The notes under the pieces were generated by a model. It was given only the letters and a program-made list of their open reading frames with translations, did no database searches and was not told the DNA's origin. 35,256 nt of DNA from the IMG/VR virus record IMGVR_UViG_2684622582_000004. The stretch is one strand, 5' to 3'. Positions 26,869 through 35,256 of this stretch are shown one piece after another. The first letter of the stretch is position 1. The number at the start of each line of letters is the position of its first letter. The DNA comes from a virus. Lineage: Duplodnaviria; Heunggongvirae; Uroviricota; Caudoviricetes. The translations under genes and the position numbers were made by a program.

Positions 26869-28701
26869 TCAAACAGAGCCCTGTTCAAAAACAGTATCAA
26901 AATATGGTAGGAGAGGATAAGCACACAGAAAGAAAATCAGGATGCATGCATATGTCGTTGTTTCATCGTAACAAGCATCAGTATATAAATTACCATGTGC
27001 TAATTTATGTCTTAAGGTTGCCCCACTCTTTCTGTTAAAAAGAACATCGATAGTCAAAACAAGATTTTTAGAAAAGATACTTTCCAAATCATCTCTGCAT
27101 TTATCTAGAAGCTGAGAAATACTTGTTGACTCCTCTAATCCCTTATCCAAATATCTAGTAGCATCCTTTCCACTAAGCTCATAATAATAACGAACCATAC
27201 CTTCCATTTGTGGTATTAAAAGATAAGCTGCACTGATGTAATCTCCCTGCCATAATTTGTAAAAGCCCAAATTAAAAATCTCCCTAAACTCCGGCTTGAC
27301 AATTGGACTAGTTGTAACCAATTTAACGAATGTTGACAACGTCAAGCCATGTTCTTGAGAAAGTACATAGCGAGCAGGTTCAAAGACACCGTTTACAAAA
27401 ATCTTATGAGTAATCTCGAAATTTCTTAGATATTGATCAATAACAACATCATCACTCATATCTTTTTTATTATCCAACGGCGGGATTGTATATATCTTAC
27501 GCCCACTCTCATCATTAATTTCTGTTCCAACAAAACTAGAGAATAAACTTTTTTCTGATAATCTTAAAACTTGTTCCCTCATGCTTTCAATATTTTCAAT
27601 CGGTGTTTCACTCATTAAAACTTTGAATATATCGGGCAAAGAACGCCCCGTCAGTTTTTTTTCACTTTCAGCAACCAAGTCACTAATATCAATAGAATGG
27701 CTTAAAGTGACATATTCACTCCTTACTTCTTCTCTCAAATTAGCAAGTTGTTCCTTTAAATCTTCTATCTGTTGGCTATCACCACCGTACTGTCTTAATT
27801 CAGAGATAGCTGTTCTTAACCAAGAGATCTTACCCATATTATCAGGTCGTTCTGTTGCAACTTTAATAGTAATATTTGCAGATGCCAGTTTACATCTCTT
27901 GGCACGTTCATACTCACCATTTTTTTCATAAATAACTGCACTTGTCATATAAAGTGATTTTACAGCATCATAATATTTTTTATCTTTATGCTGCTCAGCC
28001 ATCTTCTCAGCATTTTCCGCATACTGCAGATTATACCCATCAAAATCACGCACCATAAACCAAGTCAAATTATTGAAACCTTCAAAGATTAATCTTTCAT
28101 TTTGAATACTATAAAGAGAATGAATGGCATTTTTAATCGCCATGTTTCCTTCTGATTTTCTAGGGTAGACCATTTTATTAATGTGCAAAGCCCTAGCAAT
28201 ATAATCACGAGCAAAAATAAAGCAATTTAAATCACTTTCATCCATGCTTTCGTTTTTTATTATTAGCTTTTCAATTGCTATATTTAGCATTTCAGCATAG
28301 GAATCAATTGCTTTAATTGCCACGTCTTTATTTTTCCGATTATTACACCAAACAACATCATATATTCTTGATAACAAAAATGGATTGGTTATTTTTTGAG
28401 AAACATATAAAAGACAGTCATTCACCTGCTCATCAAAATCTTCAGGCAATATTGATCTTTTATTACCCCAAATCATTTGGGGTTCAAATGATGGAGTGTT
28501 GTTAACAACTTGCAAATTGAAACTATATAGCATACCAAAAAGAGATGCTAATTTTTTCTCTTTGGGGTTTTCTGATGACTCAGCAATCCCATCCAGATAT
28601 TTTTTTATTTTATGTGCATGAAATGTAACTGGTATATACATAAAAACACTATAATCTAGTGTTTCAAGCTCTTCCCTTGTAAGAACAAAGATATCATTCA
28701 T
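26869..28701 (-). CDS. hypothetical protein, ~610 aa, AT-rich cargo gene in the P2 old/tin moron slot (function unknown)
   Basis: ATG at 28701 preceded by AAGGTG SD (the ORF-track start at 28806 is TTG). A hand-counted sample (27001-27060) is ~33% GC. No Walker A, so not Old-like. C-terminal ...TLRHKLAHGNLY contains an R-x4-H pattern. Confidence 0.7.
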   Translation of the reverse strand: MNDIFVLTREELETLDYSVFMYIPVTFHAHKIKKYLDGIAESSENPKEKKLASLFGMLYSFNLQVVNNTPSFEPQMIWGNKRSILPEDFDEQVNDCLLYVSQKITNPFLLSRIYDVVWCNNRKNKDVAIKAIDSYAEMLNIAIEKLIIKNESMDESDLNCFIFARDYIARALHINKMVYPRKSEGNMAIKNAIHSLYSIQNERLIFEGFNNLTWFMVRDFDGYNLQYAENAEKMAEQHKDKKYYDAVKSLYMTSAVIYEKNGEYERAKRCKLASANITIKVATERPDNMGKISWLRTAISELRQYGGDSQQIEDLKEQLANLREEVRSEYVTLSHSIDISDLVAESEKKLTGRSLPDIFKVLMSETPIENIESMREQVLRLSEKSLFSSFVGTEINDESGRKIYTIPPLDNKKDMSDDVVIDQYLRNFEITHKIFVNGVFEPARYVLSQEHGLTLSTFVKLVTTSPIVKPEFREIFNLGFYKLWQGDYISAAYLLIPQMEGMVRYYYELSGKDATRYLDKGLEESTSISQLLDKCRDDLESIFSKNLVLTIDVLFNRKSGATLRHKLAHGNLYTDACYDETTTYACILIFFLCAYPLLPYFDTVFEQGSV

Positions 28702-28820
28702 CGTTTTCACCTTTTTCAGTATAAATTTGCACGCATTATTATTAGCAACATAATCATCAATAGTTAACACATGCAGATAGACAGCAATTTTACTATTATG
28801 CAACAAATTAAATCAGATGT

Positions 28821-31103
28821 TTATTGCTCTGAATAACAATAAAACCAACTCCACTCATCAGCGACCGGATACGTAAATTTTTTCCCGTTGTAATTTACGG
28901 TCGCTCCACGCGCCAGCGCCTCCATCTCCCATCGCTGCGGCCTGATACCGTTCTGAGCAAGGTCAACGCGGATACGGATAATTTGCATTCGTTCCGACCG
29001 GGTCAGTCTGGCCGATGGCGCTATTTCATGCGGTTTTAGCGGGCTTCCGTTTCTTTGCTGACGATTTAGCGTTCTCAGCCCGTGTTTTAATGCGCCCCTG
29101 AGCGCCTTCACGACCTCCGGGTCATTCCATTCGATAACACCGTCATTAACCAGATTAAGCACTGCTGCGGCGTGCTCAGAAGGTGTGGGAGCCGGTAACG
29201 AAGTATCACCACCAGTGAGCTTTCCACAGTTATTGACAGGACTCCGAGGCGCGGCGATGCCGCTTTTTAAAGTCAAAGGCTCAACGACCGGAACTTTCGG
29301 CACAATGCGCCAGTCCGTCGTTCTGGTGATATGAATATGACGCGCGCCGAGATGCGGCGCGTAAATGCCGACCACTCTCTCGACTTCTTCCTCGTACTCG
29401 TTAACTTCATCCGACGGGCTACGGGCGACTCTGACAGTCTGACAATCGCGCGGGACATTTGCCCCACCCTGCGCGCTGATATACAACGCAAAATCACCAC
29501 TGTCTGCGGCGGCGCGTGCAGCCTCGACGCGCTCGTCAAACTCATCAGCAATGCTGACGCCGCGCGGCAATTTGCGTAGTTCACGGTAAGCCCCCATTGT
29601 CGGCAGGCCAACCGTTTTAAATTGCGGGATGCGCCACGTTGACGCCCATGCGGTAACAGCCGCTGCAGTGTCTTTCAGCGGCCTGCCGGTGTCGTTATCG
29701 AGCTGACCATCCAGTGCATAGCCGTCGATGTTTTTTGAAATGTATTTCGCGATATATCCCGCAGCACCGCCCCGGTTAAGGTGTTTTGCCTGAAAACGGT
29801 TTCGCGCGGCTCCTCTTTCGTCGCCATCCTCTTTGAGCGCATAGCGACGCATGATTTCGATAATCTGGTTACGCTGGCGTGAATTACAAAAAAGCATCAT
29901 ATGCCAGTGCGGCGTTCCGTCGTGGTGTGGCTCGACGACACGCAAACCGTAGACCTGTAAATCATTATCCTTGAATGCCGTGCGCATCAGGCTCCAGATA
30001 CGGCAGAGATAACGCTGCGCATCCTTTGGATTAAATGCCTCATCGTTCCAGCCGTGATTAAGCTGCACGGTTTTACTTTCGCCTTTTCCTACCTGACGTG
30101 TCGGGTGATACTTTGACGGCGCGGTCAGCGTGATAAACATCCCCACATCACCCTCTGCAGCGGCGTAACGCTCAATACCGGCAATGGTGTTCATCAGCTC
30201 CATCCGGCGAATTTCAGGATTAGAAATACTGCCCATCACCTTACTGATAAGGTCGATGCGCTCGCCGGTTTCCCTGTTTTCAAGGTCACACGATTTAAGA
30301 AATTCCAGATTTGCCTGGCGGCGCGCACGCACATCACGAATGGCGTGTTTACTGGCATAAGGAGAACGGTCTTTATTGACCTCCCCGACAGCTATCAGTA
30401 ACGCTTCATGCCAGCGCATACGCTGGCCTTTAAGCTGATGAGTCCACCACTCATCGTTAAACAGACGGGCAATGGCAGAATATGCCTGCCTCGTGGTCAT
30501 CTGTCCTTTACGGTATTTTTTCCAGTAGAGCGGGGAAATATTGAAAGCACGTGCAGCGCCAGCAACATGACCATACAGGTGAGCCTGCGCCTCATCCGTA
30601 AACAGCGATTCTTTTTCACCATGCGCATCAACCCATGCATCGCAGAGTTCCTCATACATCATGAAAAGCTGCGATGAGATACGGGCGGCAAACTTTTTCA
30701 GCTCCTTGTCATTCATTCCCGGCAGGCGCGCATAGTGGTCACGCTCTGCCAGAAACAGCAACGACGCGTCGGTGTTCATTTCATGGCGCTGATTCACACG
30801 CTCAATGCGCGGCCATAAACGACGCTGAAAAGTAGATGTGAGGAAATAAAACCCGTGCACCGGGCTTTTATTGCGCCGGATGTAGTCATAGCGTGAAGTA
30901 AACAGCGAGCGCAAAAAGTAAGGCAGGCGGTTAATCGTGGATAAAACACCTTGCACCTGACGCATCTCGTCACGTGTAAGAGGTCTTTCGCGCCCGACAG
31001 CCTCGCGTGGCGCGTTCCATGCATAAGCACCGGTAAACGCCTTACCGGTGCCTGCGGTAAATGCTGACGGAGGGACAAAACGCCCGGAGGCTTTAACGGC
31101 CAT
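28821..31103 (-). CDS. A: replication initiation endonuclease (P2 gpA-like), 760 aa
   Basis: ATG at 31103 (MAVKASGRFVPP...); the ORF-track start at 31145 is TTG. Size and position as P2 gpA. Confidence 0.87.
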   Translation of the reverse strand: MAVKASGRFVPPSAFTAGTGKAFTGAYAWNAPREAVGRERPLTRDEMRQVQGVLSTINRLPYFLRSLFTSRYDYIRRNKSPVHGFYFLTSTFQRRLWPRIERVNQRHEMNTDASLLFLAERDHYARLPGMNDKELKKFAARISSQLFMMYEELCDAWVDAHGEKESLFTDEAQAHLYGHVAGAARAFNISPLYWKKYRKGQMTTRQAYSAIARLFNDEWWTHQLKGQRMRWHEALLIAVGEVNKDRSPYASKHAIRDVRARRQANLEFLKSCDLENRETGERIDLISKVMGSISNPEIRRMELMNTIAGIERYAAAEGDVGMFITLTAPSKYHPTRQVGKGESKTVQLNHGWNDEAFNPKDAQRYLCRIWSLMRTAFKDNDLQVYGLRVVEPHHDGTPHWHMMLFCNSRQRNQIIEIMRRYALKEDGDERGAARNRFQAKHLNRGGAAGYIAKYISKNIDGYALDGQLDNDTGRPLKDTAAAVTAWASTWRIPQFKTVGLPTMGAYRELRKLPRGVSIADEFDERVEAARAAADSGDFALYISAQGGANVPRDCQTVRVARSPSDEVNEYEEEVERVVGIYAPHLGARHIHITRTTDWRIVPKVPVVEPLTLKSGIAAPRSPVNNCGKLTGGDTSLPAPTPSEHAAAVLNLVNDGVIEWNDPEVVKALRGALKHGLRTLNRQQRNGSPLKPHEIAPSARLTRSERMQIIRIRVDLAQNGIRPQRWEMEALARGATVNYNGKKFTYPVADEWSWFYCYSEQ

Positions 31104-31368
31104 ATGAGCCAAAAGCCTCTGAACAACGCTTGCTGAGTTGCTCAACCTGCGCGTTTAAATCAGCAAAAGATTTTGCGCTTCCGGTCAGAATATCGTGATG
31201 CATCAGGCCGGAAACGAGCTGGCCTAATTTCGGGTAATAACCAACCACCGCCAGCCATTCCTGACCGGCGTTTTTACCGCTTTCCGCTCTCTTTTTCTCG
31301 TGGAGAATAAACTGAAAGCTGTCACTGGTAACGACATAACGTTCGCCAATTTCAATACGAATACTCAT
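31093..31368 (-). CDS. small early protein (P2 orf83 position), 91 aa
   Basis: Synteny only. Confidence 0.6.
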   Translation of the reverse strand: MSIRIEIGERYVVTSDSFQFILHEKKRAESGKNAGQEWLAVVGYYPKLGQLVSGLMHHDILTGSAKSFADLNAQVEQLSKRCSEAFGSYGR

Positions 31369-31589
31369 GCCGTTCTCCGGTAATGTTTGTTTTTTGCTTC
31401 AAAGACTGACTGACAGGAAACACAACGCGTGGCTGACGGATAAGCCGCACGACGGGCAGCAGGTATTGGCGCGTCACACTCTTCGCAAACCAGCGCAGAA
31501 ACACCGCAATGTTTTACCCTTGCCGCGTTAATCTGGCGCTCCAGTAATTCAGCCTGTTGTTCCTGAATAAAATCCACGTTGTCCGGCAT
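31365..31589 (-). CDS. TraR/DksA-type C4 zinc-finger protein (P2 orf82 position), 74 aa
   Basis: CEEC-x17-CVSC motif; synteny. Confidence 0.7.
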   Translation of the reverse strand: MPDNVDFIQEQQAELLERQINAARVKHCGVSALVCEECDAPIPAARRAAYPSATRCVSCQSVFEAKNKHYRRTA

Positions 31590-31894
31590 TACCAGCTCCT
31601 TTTGTCGTTCAGCTTCTTAAATTCATCAGCGCAATAACTGGCGAGTTCTGTCGTTAATTTTGTCAGTTCATCCACTGAGGAAATTTGCTTGTGGAATACA
31701 GCGCGTTTAACAAGTAAATTGACCACATCAGACAGGAGGTTTAATTCACTCTGATAAATCGCGATAACAGATTCAGTTATTTCGCGCTTCTCTTTATCAA
31801 TACCAAGTTGAATAAGAGACAAATCACCATTTTTCATAACGGCGATTTTTAAGGCGTTATTCAGTAATACAACCGAACGAGAACAGGACATCAA
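31589..31894 (-). CDS. small early protein (P2 orf81 position), 101 aa
   Basis: Synteny only. Confidence 0.6.
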   Translation of the reverse strand: MMSCSRSVVLLNNALKIAVMKNGDLSLIQLGIDKEKREITESVIAIYQSELNLLSDVVNLLVKRAVFHKQISSVDELTKLTTELASYCADEFKKLNDKRSW

Positions 31895-32115
31895 AGCACC
31901 TCCCCGCGAGACAATCCGATATTGTGAAATTTTTCCGACTCCTGACTGAGCAGCTCAACTATCTCCACGCGGGATAACTCCGCCTTTGTGATGTGGCGAA
32001 TCATGGCGTCAAGATGAGAAGAAAAGCGCGTCGCAGCGTCGGCCTGTGCTTCGGTTCTGGCCTGTTGCAGCAGTAATGCGTATTTACCGCACTGATTTTC
32101 AGAAACTGTATGCAT
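31891..32115 (-). CDS. small early protein (P2 orf80 position), 74 aa
   Basis: Synteny only. Confidence 0.6.
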   Translation of the reverse strand: MHTVSENQCGKYALLLQQARTEAQADAATRFSSHLDAMIRHITKAELSRVEIVELLSQESEKFHNIGLSRGEVL

Positions 32116-32178
32116 GACTTTCTCCAGGCAAAAAGAAGCCCCGCACGATTAAGTGCGTTAAAAACTCTGGTTAATTAT

Positions 32179-32685
32179 TTAATGCAGATATTGCTCTGGT
32201 TTTACCGACGTCAGAATTGTCGGTGCATACTCAAACAGACTGAATAATTCACGTAATGCACGGAATAAAGCATCACGCCAGTAACATGATTCTTCATTAA
32301 TTCGCCAGTACGGCTGATTGAATTCTTTTTCTGTCAATCCCGCATGCATAAATAAAGTACGACGCTGACTGACTGTTAAAAAACTAATATATGCATACTC
32401 ACTTGCGCCGACCTGACGGCGTTTTGAGAATGCGCCACGCAATTCATCAATTGCACAAACCAGTCGTTCACGTTCGACGTCGTTCATTTCTTCAAAACGC
32501 ATCGTTGCGTGACGCTGTTTTAACTGTGCATGAAAGCAAACCGTTAGCCGTTCGCGCTCCATCATCTGATTATAATAATCACATGTATCCAGCCAGCGAG
32601 GGACGGCAAGATGCTTGCCAATTATCCGGCGCATAGCTGCTGGCTGTTTTTCAACGAGATTGAGCGTCATCACTGTCATTTCCAT
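32179..32685 (-). CDS. B: replication protein B (P2 gpB-like), 166-168 aa
   Basis: ATG at 32685 or 32679; synteny and P2-like length. Confidence 0.75.
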   Translation of the reverse strand: MEMTVMTLNLVEKQPAAMRRIIGKHLAVPRWLDTCDYYNQMMERERLTVCFHAQLKQRHATMRFEEMNDVERERLVCAIDELRGAFSKRRQVGASEYAYISFLTVSQRRTLFMHAGLTEKEFNQPYWRINEESCYWRDALFRALRELFSLFEYAPTILTSVKPEQYLH

Positions 32686-32846
32686 ACCCTCCGGCTTTTC
32701 AGAAAGGTCAGAGCCTTTTTTAACGGACTCTGTTTTTTGGTGCGGATAATGATTCCCTTACGCCCCTTACCGTGGGTGATGGTGAAGTCAATCGCCCTGG
32801 GGCTTTCGTTACGCAGTAACTGAGCAATACAACGAGGCTCATTCAT
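32676..32846 (-). CDS. small early protein (P2 orf78 position), 56 aa
   Basis: In-frame ATG at 32846 with AAGGAG SD; the ORF-track start at 32870 is GTG. Confidence 0.5.
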   Translation of the reverse strand: MNEPRCIAQLLRNESPRAIDFTITHGKGRKGIIIRTKKQSPLKKALTFLKSRRVWK

Positions 32847-32856
32847 ACGGTTCTCC

Positions 32857-33132
32857 TTAACGTGGTTCACCGAGACCTAACCACATCAACCAGCCGTCAC
32901 GAATCTCTTTAGGTCGGCTTTCATAAGCCAGTTTTAGTCCGTTATTCCATGCCGGAAGGTATACCCAATATTCACCTGCACGACCTGAAGCTGATTGTGG
33001 ATCGGTCATATCAATTACAGGCAGCTTTCCTTTATCGATCATCCGACGAACCGCTCCTGTCGATTTTCCTATTAGTTTTGCGAACTCCTGATAAGGAATC
33101 GCATCAGTCATGAGTGTTACTTGCTTGCTCAT
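32857..33132 (-). CDS. cox: Cox excisionase / early-promoter regulator, 91 aa
   Basis: First gene of the early operon, divergent from C; 91 aa as P2 Cox. Confidence 0.85.
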   Translation of the reverse strand: MSKQVTLMTDAIPYQEFAKLIGKSTGAVRRMIDKGKLPVIDMTDPQSASGRAGEYWVYLPAWNNGLKLAYESRPKEIRDGWLMWLGLGEPR

Positions 33133-33246
33133 GTCGTCCTCTAGCCCTCATGAATTGCGTTTAATGTCTTATAATGCCTTTTAGTGCCCACATCCAAGCA
33201 CTAAACAATCTACATCTAAACTAAATACTATTGAGATCTAAACACC
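33133..33246. promoter_or_regulatory. immunity switch region with two direct ATCTAAAC repeats (candidate C operators) and face-to-face promoters
   Basis: ATCTAAAC at 33214-33221 and 33236-33243, 22 bp centre to centre. Perfect plus-strand TATAAT at 33170-33175 (candidate Pc). Candidate Pe -10 on the minus strand lies between the repeats. Confidence 0.55.
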
Positions 33247-33546
33247 ATGTCAAACACGATAAGCGAGAAGATAGTCTTAATGCGAAAATCAGAGTATTTG
33301 AGCAGACAACAACTTGCTGATTTAACAGGGGTTCCGTATGGCACGCTGAGTTACTATGAAAGTGGTCGTTCAACACCTCCAACAGATGTCATGATGAACA
33401 TCCTGCAGACCCCACAATTCACCAAATACACTTTATGGTTCATGACCAATCAGATCGCTCCTGAGTCCGGGCAAATTGCGCCCGCTCTCGCACACTTTGG
33501 GCAAAACGAAACAACGTCGCCCCACTCCGGTCAAAAGACTGGTTAA
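33247..33546 (+). CDS. C: immunity repressor C (P2 C-like), 99 aa
   Basis: 99 aa; divergent from cox; immediately upstream of int. Confidence 0.87.
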   Translation: MSNTISEKIVLMRKSEYLSRQQLADLTGVPYGTLSYYESGRSTPPTDVMMNILQTPQFTKYTLWFMTNQIAPESGQIAPALAHFGQNETTSPHSGQKTG

Positions 33547-33661
33547 CAATTCATCGTGAATATATTCATCACAAGTGCCTACTATTGGTGGCTAAATTTC
33601 AGCCACCACGAAAAAAGCGATTAGTAGTCGCAAAAAAACACACCACTCGGAGGGTTTTCTG

Positions 33662-34675
33662 ATGGCAATCAAAAAACTCGATGATGGTCGATATGAAGTG
33701 GACATCCGCCCTACTGGACGTAATGGAAAACGCATCCGTAGGAAGTTTGATAAGAAAAGCGAAGCTGTCGCTTTCGAGAAATACACGTTGTACAACCACC
33801 ACAATAAAGAATGGCTATCAAAACCAACAGACAAGCGACGTCTGTCGGAGCTGACACAGATCTGGTGGGATTTAAAGGGTAAACACGAAGAGCATGGGAA
33901 ATCTAATCTTGGAAAAATTGAAATCTTCACAAAAATAACGAATGACCCATGCGCATTTCAAATTACGAAATCGCTTATCAGCCAGTACTGCGCCACCCGA
34001 AGAAGTCAGGGTATTAAACCTTCGAGTATCAATCGTGATTTAACATGTATTAGCGGCATGTTTACAGCCCTGATTGAAGCGGAGTTATTCTTTGGTGAGC
34101 ACCCTATCAGAGGGACAAAAAGGCTTAAGGAGGAAAAACCAGACACAGGCTATCTCACGCAGGAAGAAATTGCCTTACTGCTTGCTGCTCTTGACGGCGA
34201 CAACAAAAAGATTGCGATTCTTTGCCTGAGTACTGGAGCACGTTGGGGAGAAGCAGCTCGTTTGAAAGCAGAAAATATCATCCATAACCGCGTCACGTTT
34301 GTTAAAACGAAAACAAACAAACCACGCACCGTCCCGATCTCAGAGGCTGTTGCCAAAATGATCGCGGATAACAAACGAGGTTTTTTATTCCCTGATGCTG
34401 ATTACCCTCGCTTCAGACGAACAATGAAAGCAATAAAACCGGATTTGCCAATGGGGCAAGCCACACATGCACTAAGGCACAGCTTTGCCACTCATTTCAT
34501 GATTAATGGAGGAAGTATTATCACGCTACAACGGATACTAGGTCACACGCGGATTGAGCAAACTATGGTTTACGCTCATTTTGCGCCAGAGTACCTTCAG
34601 GACGCCATTTCTCTTAATCCGCTAAGAGGTGGTACTGAGGCCGAGAGTGTCCACACAGTGTCCACAGTAGAGTAA
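33662..34675 (+). CDS. int: tyrosine integrase (P2 Int-like), 337 aa
   Basis: C-terminal catalytic signature ...ATHALRHSFATHF...LGHTRIEQTMVYAHF (R, H-x-x-R, Y); adjacent to an att core; P2 Int length. Confidence 0.9.
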   Translation: MAIKKLDDGRYEVDIRPTGRNGKRIRRKFDKKSEAVAFEKYTLYNHHNKEWLSKPTDKRRLSELTQIWWDLKGKHEEHGKSNLGKIEIFTKITNDPCAFQITKSLISQYCATRRSQGIKPSSINRDLTCISGMFTALIEAELFFGEHPIRGTKRLKEEKPDTGYLTQEEIALLLAALDGDNKKIAILCLSTGARWGEAARLKAENIIHNRVTFVKTKTNKPRTVPISEAVAKMIADNKRGFLFPDADYPRFRRTMKAIKPDLPMGQATHALRHSFATHFMINGGSIITLQRILGHTRIEQTMVYAHFAPEYLQDAISLNPLRGGTEAESVHTVSTVE

Positions 34676-34754
34676 CGTTTAAGGGCTTTCAGTGGTAATT
34701 TATGCCGCTCAAACCCGCATTGTACCGTTGAAAGCCCCTACTGGTGACACCCTA

Positions 34755-34781
34755 AATCTCCCTTACACGGGCTTATTTTTT
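34755..34781. repeat. prophage att core copy at the int end (AATCTCCCTTACACGGGCTTATTTTTT)
   Basis: Direct repeat of 3209-3235 with one mismatch. Confidence 0.8.
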
Positions 34782-34938
34782 ATGTATAAGCCGTATCCTG
34801 GTAACCGTCTTCCATTGACCACATCGAAAGAATCTCCCTTCATAGCACGATGCCTTTCACTTATTGGCATCGTGCTCGCACAGGTTCCGGTTACGCACAG
34901 CCAGAACGCGCATGTTTGATGCTTACCAAAAAATATTC

Positions 34939-35256
34939 TCACTCTCCACATTTGAATGTCAGACGAGCGACGCCATGTAATCCTGCACCTTCTGTCTTCA
35001 GGTCAACTATCTGCATTTTTTTGCCCTGAGTAACACAGAAATGAACTGCATCATTTTTTACTATATTTTCTGCACCAGATATTCTACCCCTGGCTAAAGA
35101 AGCTTCGGCTTCGGTGTAGTATTGGTTATCGAGTTTACGCTGAATATTACTTTTATATGCAAGACCAAATTTACCGATACTTGTCTCATCATTATGTACA
35201 GCACACCCAGACATAAGAAAAACACTAATTAATGATATAGCAGCTATCTTTTTCAT
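34939..35256 (-). CDS. yegR: small lipoprotein (YegR-like), 105 aa
   Basis: Signal peptide with lipobox (MKKIAAISLISVFLMSGC). Position downstream of the cyaR/ogr locus as yegR in K-12. Identity is from memory and moderate. Confidence 0.6.
   Translation of the reverse strand: MKKIAAISLISVFLMSGCAVHNDETSIGKFGLAYKSNIQRKLDNQYYTEAEASLARGRISGAENIVKNDAVHFCVTQGKKMQIVDLKTEGAGLHGVARLTFKCGE

Larger units (their letters stand above)
3209..34781. mobile_element. P2-like (Peduovirus-type) prophage, apparently intact, ~31.5 kb
   Basis: Flanking 27-bp direct repeats; complete P2-collinear gene set including integrase, repressor C, cox, replication A, terminase, capsid, tail, lysis and ogr; cos site present. 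Confidence 0.9.

Noticed and set aside
28702-28806. N-terminal 35-aa extension of the old/tin-slot cargo gene (ORF-track start at 28806)
   Set aside because: The first codon at 28806 is TTG with no SD, whereas the in-frame ATG at 28701 has a strong AAGGTG SD. The extension is probably untranslated.
34692-34951. ORFs of 75 aa (+) and 62 aa (-) in the flank between the att core and yegR
   Set aside because: They overlap each other and the hairpin and att-arm relic, with no SD and no recognisable product. Likely non-coding.
1-35256. CRISPR arrays, tRNA or rRNA genes, IS elements
   Set aside because: No regularly spaced direct repeats, no cloverleaf-like tRNA candidates and no transposase-like ORFs or terminal inverted repeats were seen. 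Integration is into an sRNA gene, not a tRNA.

Overview
The window is an E. coli-type chromosomal locus (AT-rich 404-aa ORF, yegQ, the sRNA gene cyaR ... yegR-like lipoprotein) carrying an apparently intact ~31.5 kb P2-like prophage inserted at the 3' end of cyaR. The prophage is bounded by two copies of a 27-bp att core (3209-3235 and 34755-34781, 26/27 identical). Gene order is collinear with phage P2 and most protein lengths match P2 exactly as I recall them: ogr, D-U-T-E/E'-FII-FI, [cargo 1], G-H-I-J-W-V, S-R, lysC/lysB/lysA-K-Y-X, L-M-N-O, divergent P-Q, cos, [cargo 2], A-orf83-82-81-80-B-orf78-cox, C, int. The two places where it departs from P2 are the two classical P2 moron slots, each holding one AT-rich gene I cannot assign to any family: a 280-aa protein with a ~420-bp structured leader in the Z/fun slot, and a ~610-aa protein in the old/tin slot between cos and gene A. 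These are the best candidates for an undescribed phage-exclusion function, but that is inference from position and composition only. All calls are by eye from the sequence and from remembered P2 biology; no database search was run. Several ORF-track starts are TTG/GTG; I moved those to in-frame ATGs where a Shine-Dalgarno and the P2 length supported it.
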